A stretch of 64,000 nt of DNA from the human T2T-CHM13v2.0 reference genome, Homo sapiens. Shown here in pieces: positions 15,001 through 26,700 of this stretch; position 1 is the stretch's first letter, and each line of letters opens with the position of its first letter. The stretch lies in NCBI RefSeq assembly GCF_009914755.1, contig NC_060939.1; one strand, 5' to 3'. A program made the position numbers and the translations under genes. Under the pieces are notes generated by a model. That model worked only from the letters and a program-made list of their open reading frames with translations, searched no databases and was not told the DNA's origin.

Positions 15001-16649
15001 CATTCAATTCCATTTCACCCCACTGCATTCCAATCCATTCTACTCCACTCCACTCCGCTTCACCGCATTCCATTCAAATCCATTTGTTCCCTTTTGATTT
15101 CATTCCATTTGATTCCATTCCATTCGATTCCATTCCATTCAAACCCATTCCATTTGATTCCGTTCCATTCCATTGGAGTCCATTTCATTCAATTCAATTC
15201 CATTCCATTCCATTCCTTTCCATTGCATTCCATTCCATTCCATTCCATTCCATTAGATTCCATTCTATTCTATTCTATTCCATTCCATTTGTTTCCATTC
15301 CATTCGACTGCATTTCATTCGATTCCATTCCATTCGATTCCATTCCATTCTATTGCATTCCATAAGATTGCATTCCATTCGATACCATTCCGTTCCATTC
15401 CATTGCATACCATTCCATTCCACTCGATTCCATGTTATTTGATTCCATTCATTTTGAGTCCATTCCATTGCAATCCATTTCATTCAAGTCCATTCCGTTC
15501 CACTCCATTCCATTGCAGTTCATTCCATTCGATTGCATTGCATTCGATTCCATTCCATTCGATTCCATTCCACTCGATTCCATTCCCTTCGAGTCCATTC
15601 CATTAGTGTCCATTCCATTGGAGTCCATTCCATTTGAGTCCATTCCATTCCAGGACATTACATTTGATTCCATTCCATTCGATTCCATTCCATTCGATCC
15701 CCTTCCATTCGATTCCATACCATTCGGGCCCATTCCATTCGAGTCCAATCCATTAGATTCCATTCCATTCCATTCCATTCCATTCCGTTCTATTCCATTA
15801 CATTACATTCGATTGCTTTCCATTCGATTCCATTACATTGGAGTCTATTCCATTCCAGTTGGTTCCATTCCATTATATTCCATTATATTCCATTCGAGTC
15901 CATTCCATTCGACTCCATTCCGCTCCATTCCATTTTATTCCATTCCATTCCATTCCATTCCATTGGAGTCCATTTGGCTCGAGTCCATTCTACCTGAGTC
16001 CACTGCATTGGAGTTTATTCCACTCGTGTCCATTCCATTCTAGTCCATTTGACTGGAGTCTATTCCACTCGAGTCCCTTCCACTCGAGTCCATTCCATTT
16101 CTATCCATTCCATTCCTTCCCATTTCATTCAATTCCGTTCCATTAGAGTCCATTCCATTCCTGTCCAATCCATTCAAGTCCATTCCATTCCATTCCATTC
16201 CTTTCCCAATGATTCTGTTCAATTCGAGTCCATTCCCTTCAAGTCCATTCCATTCCTTTCCATTCCATTCCATTCCATTGGAGTCCATGCGGCTCGAGTC
16301 CATTCGGCCCGAGTCAATTGCATTCGAGTCCATTCCACTCGTGTCCATTCCATTCTAGTCCATTTGACTCGTGTCCATTCCACACGAGTCCATTCCATTC
16401 GAGTCCATTCCTCCCGAATCCATTCCATTTCACTCCATTCCATTCCATTTCATTCTATTCCATTCCATTTGATTCCATTCCATTCGAGTCCATTCCATTC
16501 CTGTCCAATCCATTCAAGTGCATTCCATTCCATTCCATTGTTTTCCATTTGATTCCATTTGATTCGAGTCCATTCCCTTCGAGTCTATTCCGTTCCAGTA
16601 CATTCCATTCAAGTTCATTCCACTCCACCGCATTCCAATCCATTCCTTT

Positions 16650-18816
16650 CCTTTTCAGTCCATTTGATTCAATTCCACTCCACTCCACTCCATTCCTTTC
16701 CATTCCATTCCATTCCATTGAACTGCAGTCCAATCCACTCCACTCATCTCCACACTACTCCACTCAACTCCTTTCCCTTCTGTTCCATTCCATTCCATTC
16801 AATTCCATTCCATTCCATTCCACTCCATTCCACTGCACTCCATTCCATTTCACTCCATTATACTCCATTCCACTCCACTCCACTCCACTCCGTTCCATTC
16901 CACTGCACTCCGGTCCACTCCACTCAACTCCACAACACTCCACTCAACTCCACTCCATTCTATTCTGTTCCCTTCCATTCTGTACCATTCCATTCCATTC
17001 CACTCAACTCCATTCCACTCCATTCCATTCCACTCCATTCCACAACATTCCACTCCATTCCACTGCACTCCACTCCACTGCACTCCATTCCATTCCACTG
17101 CATTCCATTCCGTTGCATTCCACTCCATTCCAATACACTCCATTCCACCCCACTCCACTCCATTATACTCCATTCCAAGTCATTCCATTAATTTCCATTG
17201 CCTTCTACTCCATTCCATTTCATTCACTTCCACTCCATTCCTCTCCACTCCATTCCACTCCTTTCCGTTACTGTCCACTCCACTCCATTCCACTCCTTTC
17301 CTTTCTGTTCCATTCCACTCCACTCCATTCAATTCCACTCTACTCCATTCCATTCCTTTCCTTTATTTCAATTGGATGTAACTCTGTCTCCCAGACTGTA
17401 GTGCAGTGACACAATCTTAGTTCTCATTTCCTTTCACCATTGTGTTCCATTCCATTCCATTCACCTCCATTCCATTCCATTCCACTCCACTCCATTCCAC
17501 TCCACTCTATTCCATTTCATTCCATTCCATTCCATTCCATTGGACTCTCATCCACTCAACTCAACTCCTCTGCACTCCACTCCACTCCATTCTGTTCCAT
17601 TCCACTCCTTTCCATTACATTCCATTCCTTTCCATTCCATTCCTTTCCACTCCACTTCATTTCAATCCACTCCTTTCCGTTAAATTCCTCCCTACTCCAC
17701 TCCTCTCCACCCCATTCCATTCCATTCGACTGCACTCTGATCCACTCCACTCAACTCCACTCCACTCAACTGCACTCCACCCCACTCCACTCCATTCCAC
17801 TCCACTCCACTCCCTTCCACTCCTCTCCATGCCATTCCACTCCACTCCACTCAATTCCACTCCGCTCCACTCCATTTCATTCCACTTCAGTCCTTTACAT
17901 TACACTCCACTCCATTCCATTCCATACCAGTCCACTCCACTCCACTCCATTCCACTCCACTCCATTGCTTTGCATTCCATTCCATTCCATTCCACTGCAC
18001 TCTGATCCACTCCACTCAACTCCACTCTTCTGTTCTCCATTCCGTTCCATTCTGTCGCATTCCATTCCTTTCCATTGTATTCCATCCCACTCTAATCCAT
18101 GCCATTCCACTCCTTTCCTCTCCTCTTCACTCCACTCCAATCCACTCCACTCCATTCCATTCAATTTCATTTTATTCTACTGCATTCTGATACACTCCTC
18201 TCACCTCCACTGCACTCCACTGCACTCCATTCCACTCCTTTCCATTCCTTTCCATTCAGTTCCGTTCCATTCCATTCCATTCCCCTCCATTGCATTCCAC
18301 TCCACTCCATTCCACTCCACTCCATTTCACTCCATTCCACTCCATTCCACTCCTCTTCACTCCACTCCACTCCAGTCCATTCCACTCTAATCCATTCCTT
18401 TCCACTCCACTCCACTCCATTCCATTCCACTCTATTCCATTCCTTTCCACTCTATTCCATTCCATTCCATTCCATTCCATTCCATTCCATTGCACTCCAT
18501 TCAACTCCACTCCACTCCACTCTCCAATTCACTCCACTCCACTTTAATCCACTCCTTTCCACTCCACTTCATCCCAATCCACTCCACTCCATTCCAGTCC
18601 ACTCTATTCCATTTGACTCCACTCCTCTCCACTCCACTCCATTCCGTCCCATTCCTTTCAAATCCCCTCCATTCCGTTGCACTCCTCTCCACTCCACTCC
18701 ACTCCACTCCAATTGTCACCACTCCACTCTACTCCTTTCCATTCCGTTCCATTCCACTCCACTCAATTCCATTCCCTTCCATTCTGTTCCATTCCATTTC
18801 ATTCCATTGCACTCCG
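16650..18816 (+). repeat. CACTC-rich (GAGTG-type) terminal subdomain of the pentamer satellite
   Basis: CACTC units dominate and TCGA/GAGTC units almost disappear. The motif TGCACTCYGRTCCACTCCACTCAACTCC recurs near 16903, 17731 and 17996. The left boundary is approximate. Confidence 0.7.
17361..17426 (-). mobile_element. Short diverged Alu 3'-end remnant embedded in the satellite
   Basis: ctttatttcaattggatgtaactctgtctcccagactgtagtgcagtgacacaatcttagttctca aligns by eye to antisense Alu ttttttgagacggagtctcgctctgtcgcccaggctggagtgcagtggcgcgatctcggctca. Confidence 0.8.
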
Positions 18817-19586
18817 ATCTTCACATAAAATCTAGACAGAAGATTTCTGAGAAACTTTTTTGTGATATTTGCATTCACCTCACAGAGTTTAACCATTCTT
18901 TTGATTGAGCAGTTTGGTAAAAGTCTTGTTGTAGAATCTACAAAAGGATATTTGTGAGTGCTTTGAAGCCTGAGGTGAAAAAGTAAATATCTTCACAGCA
19001 AAACTAGAAAGATGGTGTCTGAGAAAGTGCTCTGTGATGTTTGAATTCATCTCACAGACTTCAACCTTTATATTGATTTAGCACATTGGAAACAGTCTTT
19101 TTGTAGAATCTGCAAAGGGATATTTGTGTACACTTGGAGACCAATGGTGTGAAAGGAAATATCTTCACATGAATACTAGACAGAAGCTTTCTGAGAACTT
19201 CTGTTTTATGTGTGCATTTCTCTCAAACAGTTGAACCATTCTTTTGATTGAGCAGTTTGGAAACAGTCTTTTTGTAGAATCAGCAAAGGGATATTTGTGA
19301 GCGCTTTGAGTCCTACGGGGAAAAAGGAAATATTTTCACATAAAAACTCTACAGAAGGTTTCTGAGAAACTGCTTTGTAATGTGTGCATTCATCTCACAG
19401 AGGTAAATATTTCTTTTCATTGAGTAGATGGGAAACTCTTTTCTTGTAGAATCTGCAAAGGGATATTTGTGAGCCCTTTGAGGCTTATGGTGAAAAAGGA
19501 AATATCTTCATATAAAATGTAGACAGAAGCTTTCTGAGGAACATATTTGTGATTTATGCATTCATCTCATAGAGTTGAACCATTCT
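18817..19586 (+). repeat. Alpha satellite, diverged monomeric (~4.5 monomers), forward orientation
   Basis: ~171 bp period of atcttcacataaaa-ctagacagaag-ttctgagaaact-ttgtgatgtgtgcattcatctcacagagttgaac. Confidence 0.95.
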
Positions 19587-20762
19587 AATTTTTTTGGAGC
19601 TCTGGGTTTATTTTTTAATTATTTAATTTTATTATTATTATACTTTAAGTTTTAGGGAACATGTGTACAACGTGCAGGTTTATTACATATGTATACATGT
19701 GCCATGTTTGTGTGTTGCTCCCATGAACTCATCTTTTAGCATTAGGTATACCTCCTAATGCTATCCCTCCCCCTCCCCCTCTTCCCACCCAACTACAATC
19801 CCTGGTGTGTGGTGTGTGATGTTTCCCTTCCTGTGTCCATGTGTTCTCTTCGATCAATTCCCAACTATGAGTGAGAACATGTGGTGTTTTATTTTTTGTC
19901 CTTGTGATAGTTCGCTGAGAATGATGGTTTCCAGCTTCATCCATGTCCCTACAAAGGACATCAACTCATCATTTTTTATGGCCGCATAGTGTTCCATGAT
20001 GTATATGTGCCACATTTTCTTCATCCAGTCTACCGTGGTTGGACATTTACGTTGGTTCCAAGTCTTTGTTATTGTGAATAGTGCCGCTATAAACATACGT
20101 GTGCATGTGTCCTTATAACAGCATGATTTATAGTCCTTTGGGTATATACCCAGTAATGGCATGGCTGGGTCAAGTGGTATTTCTAGTTCTGGATCCCTGA
20201 GGAATCGCCATGCCGACTTCCACAATGGTTGAACTAGTTAACAGTCCCACCAACAGTGCAAAAGTGTTCCTATTTCTCACATCCTCTCCAGCACCTGTTG
20301 TTTCCTGACTTTTTAATGATCGCCATTCTAACTGGTGTGAGATGGTATCTCATTGTGGTTTTGACTTGCATTTCTCTGATGGCCAGTGAAGATGAGCATT
20401 TTTTCATTGTTCATTGGCAGCATAAATGTTTTCTTTTGAGAAATGTCTGTTCATATCCTTTGCCCACTTTTTGATGGGGTTGTTTGGATTTTTTCCTGTA
20501 AATTTGTCTGAGTTCATTGTAGATTCTGGATATTAACCCTGTGTCAGATGAGTAGGTTGCAAAATTTTTCTCCCATTTTATAGGGTTCCTGTTCACTCTG
20601 ATGGTGGTTTCTTTAGCTGGGCAGAAGCTCCTTAGTTTAATGAGATCCCATTTGTCAATTTTGACTTTTGTTGCCATTGCTTTAGGTGTTTTAGACATGA
20701 AGACCTTGCCCATGCCTATGTCCTGAATGCTATGACCTAGGTTTCCTTCTAGAAATTTTATG
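19587..20762 (-). mobile_element. 5'-truncated LINE-1, L1PA4-like (~1.2 kb including tail)
   Basis: A degenerate poly(T) is followed by the antisense L1 3' end (ttatactttaagttttaggg...). The 3' diagnostics caacgtgcaggttt, ctcctaatgc and gctgagaatgatggtttccagcttc fit L1PA4 as recalled. The interrupted alpha monomer resumes in register (gttgaaccattct ... ttttgatt). Confidence 0.9.
19854..20762 (-). pseudogene. L1 ORF2p C-terminal (Cys-rich domain) fragment, frameshifted
   Basis: Track ORFs 20411..20713 ([27 protein letters not shown]...) and 19854..20225 (...WMKLETIILSELSQGQKIKHHMFSLIVGN) match the ORF2p C-terminus and are separated by stops/frameshifts. Confidence 0.9.
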
Positions 20763-23700
20763 TGACGCGTTATTTTGATTAAAGAGTTTGGATACTCTGT
20801 TGTTGTAGAATCTGCAAGGAGATATTTGTGAGCGCTTTGAGGCCTTTGGTGAAAAATGAAATACCTTCACATAATAAATAGACAGAAGTTCTCTGAGAAA
20901 CCTCCCTGTCATGTGTGCATTCATCTCACATAGTTGAAACAGTCTTTTGACTGAACAGTTTGAAAACTGTCAATTTGTAGAATCTGCAATGGGATATTTG
21001 TGAGCCCTTTGAGGCCTATGGTGAGAAAGGAAATATCTTCAATAAAAACTATAAACAATGTTTCTGAGAAGCTGTTTTGCAAGGTTTGCCCTCATCTCAG
21101 AGAGATAAAAGTATCTATTCTTTGATGAGTCTGGAAACTCTGTTCTTGTAAAATCTGCAAAGGGATATTTGTGAGTGGCTTGAGGCCTATGGTAAAAAAG
21201 GAAATGTTTTCACATAAAAACTACACGGAAGATTTCAGAGAAACTTCTTTGTGATATATGCATTCATCTCACAGAGTTGAACCATTCTTTTGACTGAGAA
21301 GTTTGGAAACAGTCTTTTCAGAGAATCTGCAAAAGGATATTTTGAGCGCTTTGATAGGTATGGTGAAAAGGGAAATATCTTCACATAAAAAGTGGACAGA
21401 AGCTTTTGGAGAAACTACTTTGTGATGTGTCCATTCATCTCACAGAGTTGAACCTTTCTTTTGATTGAGCAGTTTGAAAAGAGTCCTTTTCTAGAATCTG
21501 CAGAGGGATATTTGTGAGCCCTTTATGGCCTAAGGAGAAATAGGAAATATCTTCACATAAAAACTAGACAGAAGCATTCTGAGAAACTTCTTCATGAAGT
21601 GTGTTTTCATTTCACAGAGTTGAATCTCTCTTTTGATTGAGGAGTTTGGAAACAGCCTTTTTGTAGAATATGCAAATGGATATTTGGAGCACTTTGACGC
21701 CTATGGTGAAAAAGGAAATATCTTCACCTAAAAACTAGACAGAAGCATTCTGAGAAACTTCTTTGTGATGTATGCATTCATCTCACGGAGTTGAAATTTT
21801 CTTCTGGTTGAACAGTTTCAAAACAGTCCTTTTGTAGAATCTGCAAAGGGATATTTGTGAACGCATTGAGGCCTATGGTGAAATAGGAAATATCTTCACA
21901 TAAAAACTAGTCAGAAGATTTCTGAGAAACTTATTTGTGATGTGTGCTTTCACCTCACAGATTTGAACGTTTCTTTTGATTGAGCAGTTTGGAAACACAC
22001 TTTTTGTAGAATCTGCAAGTGTATATTTGGAGCACTATGAGGACTATGGTGAAAAAGGAAATATCTTCACATAAATACTAGAAAGCAACATTCTATAAAA
22101 CTTCTTTGTGATGTGTGCTTTCATCTCACAGAGTTGAACCTTTCTATTCATTGAGCAGTTTGGAAACGATCTTTTTGTAGCATCTGCAAATGGATATTTG
22201 AGTGGTTTGAGGCCTTGGTGAGAAGGGAAATATCTTCACATAAAAACTAGACAGAAGCATTCTGAGAAACTTCTTGGTGACATGTGCATTTATAACACAG
22301 AGTTGATCCCTTCTTTTGATTAAACAGTTTGGTAACAGTCTTTTTGTAGTATCTGTAGAGGGATGTTTGCGAGCAGTTTGAGGCCTATGGTGAACAAAGA
22401 AATATCTTCACATAAAAACTAGTCAGAAGCTTTCTGAGAAACTTCTTTGTGATGTGTGAATTAATCTCAGAGTGTTGAACCTTTCTTTGGATGGAGCAGT
22501 TTTTAAACAATCCTTTTGTAGAATCTGCAAAGGTATATCTCTGAGCCCATTGAGGCCTATGGTGAAATATGAAATATCTTCCCATAAAAACTAGACAGAA
22601 GGTTTCTAAGAAACTTCTTTGTGATGTGTGCTTCCATCTCACAGAGTTGAACCTTTCTTTGGATTGAGCAGTTTGGAAACCACCTTTTTGTAGAATCTGC
22701 AAATGGATATTTAGAGCGCTTTGAGGCCTATGGTAAAAAAGGAAATATCATTACATGAAAATTCGATGGAAGCATTCTGAGAAACTTCTTTGTGAGGTTT
22801 TCATTCATCTCACACAGTTGAACATTTATTTGATTGAAGATTTGACAACAGTATTTTTGTAAAATCTACAAAGGGATAATTGTGAACCCTTTGAGGCCTA
22901 GGGTGAAGTAGGAAATATCTTCACATAAAAACTACACAGAAACTTTCTGAGAAACTATTTTGTGGTGCTTGCATTCATCTCACAAAGTTGAACCTTTCCT
23001 TTGCTAGAGCAGTTTGGAAACAGTCCTATTGTAGAATCCCCAAAGGGATATTTCTCAGCCGATTGAGGTCTTTGGTGATATAGGAAATATCTTCACATAA
23101 AGCTAGACAGAAGCTTTCTGAGAAACTTATTTTTAATGAGTGCTTTCATCTCAAAGAGTTAAGCATTTCTTTTGACAGAGAAGTTTGGAAACACTCTTTT
23201 TGCATAATCTGCAAATGGATAATTGGAGCTTTTCGAGGCCTATGGTGAAAAAGCAAATATCTTCACATAAAAACTAAACAGAAACTTTCTGAGAAACTAC
23301 TTTGTAATGCGTGCATTCATCTCAAAGCGTTGAAATCTTCTTTTGATTGAACAGTTTGTAAACAGTCTTTTTGTAGAATCTACAAATGGATATTTGGAGT
23401 GCTTTGAGGCCTATGGTAAAAAAGGAAATATCTTCACAAAAAAACTAGAAAGAAACATTCTGAGAAACTTCTTTGTGATATGTGCTTTCATCTCACAGAG
23501 ATGAACCTTTCTTTTCATTGAGCAGCTTGGAAACAGACTTTTTATAGAATCTGGAAATGCATATTTGGAGTGCTTTGAGGCCTGTTGTGAAAAAGGAAAT
23601 ATCTTCAGATAAACACTAAACAGAATCTTTCTGAGAAACTTCTTTGTGATGCCTGCATTCATATCACAGAGCTGAAACTTTCTTTTGATTTAGCAGTTTG

Positions 23701-26700
23701 TAAACAGTCTTTTGGTAGAATCTGTGAATGGCTATTTCGAGCGTGTTGAGGCCTATGGTGAAAAAGGAAATATCTTCACAAAAAAACTACAAATATACAT
23801 TCTGAGAAACTTCTTTGTGATGTGTGCTTTCACTTCACAGAGTTGAAACTTTCTTTTGATTGAGCTATTTGGAAACAGTCTTTTTGTGGAATCTGCAAAT
23901 GGATATTTGGAACACTTTGAGGCCTATGGTGAAAAAGGAAATACCTCACATGAACCCTAGACAGAAGTATTCTGAGAAACTTCTTTGTCTTGTGTCCATT
24001 CATCTCACAGAGTTGAAACTTTCTTTGGATTGAGCAGTTTGGAAACAGTCTTATTGTAGAATCTGCGAAAAATATTTTTGTGCCCTTTATGGCCCATGGT
24101 GAAACAGGAAATATTCTCAAAGAAAAACTAGACAGAAGCTTTCTGAGAAACTTCTTTGTGATGCGTGCTTTCAACACATGGAGTTGTACCTTTCTTTTGA
24201 TTGAGCAGTTTGGAAAGTGTCTTTTTGTGGAATCAGCAAATGGATGTTTGGAGCGCTTTGAGGCCTATGGTGAAAAAGGAAATACCTTCACATAAAAAAC
24301 AGACAGAAGCATTGTGAGAAACATCTCTGTGATGTGTGCATTCATTTCATACAGTTGAATCTTTCTTTGATTGAGGAGTTTAGAAACAGTCTTTTTGTGG
24401 AATCAGCAAATGGATGTTTGGAGCACTTTGAGGCTTATGGTGAAAAAGGAAATACCTTCACATAAAAAATAGACAGAAGGATTGTGAGAAACATCTATGT
24501 GATGTGTGCATTCATCTCATAGAGTTGAACCTTTCTTTGATTGAGCAGTTTGGAAACAGTCCTTTTGTAAAATCTGCAAAGGGGTATTTCTGAGCCCATT
24601 GAAGCCTAGAGTGAAAAAGAAATGTCTTCACATAAAAATTAGATAGAAGCATTCTGATAAACTTTTTTGTGGTGTGTCCATTCATCTCACAGAGTTGAAA
24701 CTTTCTGTGGATTGAGCAGTTTGGAAACAGCCTTTTTGTAGAATTTACAAAAATATTTGTGAGCACCATATGGCCCATGGTGAAATAGGAAATACCTTCA
24801 CACAAAAACTAGATAGAAGCTTTCTGAGAAACTACATTGTGATGTTTGCTTCCGTGTCACAGGGTTGAAACTTTCTTTTGATTGAGCAGTTTGGAAACAC
24901 TCTTTTTGTAGAATCTACAAATGGGTATTTGGAGTGCTTTGAGGCCTATAGTGAAAAAAGAAATATTTTCACAGAAAAACTAGATAGATGTATTCTGCAA
25001 AACTTCTTTGTGATGTGTGCATTCATCTCATAGAGTTGAATCTTTCTTTGGATTCAGCAGTTTTCTAAACAGTCCTTTTGTAGAATCTGCAAAGGGATAA
25101 TTCTGAGCCAACTGAGTCCTATGCTGAAAAAGGAAATATCTTCACATAAAAACCTAAAAACTAGACAGAAGCATTCTGAGAAACCTCTTTCTGGTGTGTG
25201 CATTCATCTCACAGAGTTGAACCTTTCTTTAGTTTGAACAGTTTGGAAACAGTCTTTTTTTTGAATATGCAAATGGATATTTGTGAGCCCTTTACAGCCT
25301 ATGGTGAAATAGGAAATATATCTTCACATAAAAACCAGACAGTAGCATTCTGAGAAACTTCTTTGTTTTGTGTGTATTCATCTCACAGAATTGAACATTT
25401 CTTTGGATGCAGCAGTTTGGGAACAGTCTTTTTGTAGTATCTGCAGAGGGATATTCATGAGCAGTTTAAGGCCTATGGTTAAAAAGGATATATCTTCACA
25501 GAAAACCTCGACAGATCCATTGTGAGAAACTTCTTTGAGATGTGTGCATTCATCTCACAGAGTTGAACCTTTCTTTGGATTGAGCAGTTTTCTAAACAGA
25601 CCTTTTGTAGAATCTACAAAGGGATACTTCTGAGCCCGTTGAGGCCTATGGTGAAAAAGGAAATATCTTCACATGAAATCTTAACAGAAGCTTTCTGAGA
25701 AACTTCTTTGTGATGTGTGCATTCATCTCACAGTGTTGAAACTTTCTTTTGATTGAGTAGTTTGGAAACAGTCTTTTTGTACAATCTGCAAAGGGATATT
25801 TCTGAGCCATTTGAGGCTATTGTGAGATAAATATCTTCCTATAAAAACTAGACAAAAGCATTCTAAGAAACTTCTTTGTAATGTGTGCATTCATCACACA
25901 GAGTTGAAACTTTCTTTTGATTGTGCAGTTTGGAGACAGTATTTTTGTATAATATGCAAAAGGATATTTGTGAGCCCTTTCAGGCCTATGGTGAAATAGG
26001 GAATATGTTCACACACAAAAAAAAACTAGACAGAAGCTTTCTGAGAAAATTCTTTGTGATGTGTGCTTTCATCTCACAGAGTTGAACTTTTGTTTTGATT
26101 GAACAGTTTGGAAACATTCTTTTTGTAGAATCTGAAGATGGATATTTGCAGCATTTCAGGCCTATGGTGAACAGGAAATGTCTTCACATAAAAACTAGAG
26201 AGAAGCATTCTGAGAAAGTTCCTTGTGATGTGTGCATTCATGTCACAGAGTTGAAACTTTCCTTGGATTGAGCAGTTTGGAAAGAGTCCTTTTGTAGAAT
26301 CTGCAAAAGGATGTTTGTGAGCACATTGGAGCCTATGGTGAAATGAGAAATATCTTCACATAAAAACTAGACAGAAGTTTTCTGTAAAACTTCTTCGAGC
26401 TGTGTGCTTTCACCACAAGGAGTTGAACCTCTCTTTTTATTGAGCAGTTTGGAAACACTCTTTTTGTAGAACTTGCAAACGGATATTTGTAGTGCTTTGA
26501 GGCCTATGGTGAAAAAGAAAATATCTGCATATAAAAACTAGTCAGAAACTTTCTGGGAAACTTTCTGAGAAACTTCTTTGTGATGTGTGCTTTCATCTCA
26601 CAGAGATGGATCTTGTTTTCATTGAGCAGCTTGGCAACAAGTCATTTTGTAGAAACTGCAAAGGGATATTTGTGAGTGGTTTGAGGCCTATAGTGAAAAA

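Larger units (their letters stand above)
1..18816 (+). repeat. Human Satellite 3 (HSat3/SatIII)-type pentameric satellite, diverged, C-rich (CATTC) strand on +
   Basis: Continuous ATTCC/CATTC pentamers with variants GATTC, GAGTC, CAGTC and CACTC, and strong C>>G strand skew. It lacks the regular CATTCGATGATT-type spacing of HSat2. The array is open at the left edge. Confidence 0.95.

Noticed and set aside
67-18908. Long ORFs in the pentamer satellite (up to 662 aa, e.g. 13109..15097; IPFHS and MEWNG repeats)
   Set aside because: Translating (CATTC)n or (GAATG)n gives no stop codons in any frame, so overlapping low-complexity ORFs are expected. There is no gene structure.
20763-20776. TSD for the truncated L1 (tgacgcgttatttt versus tgaaccattct at 19576-19586)
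   Set aside because: Only 7 of 11 positions match. It is positionally plausible but too degenerate to call.
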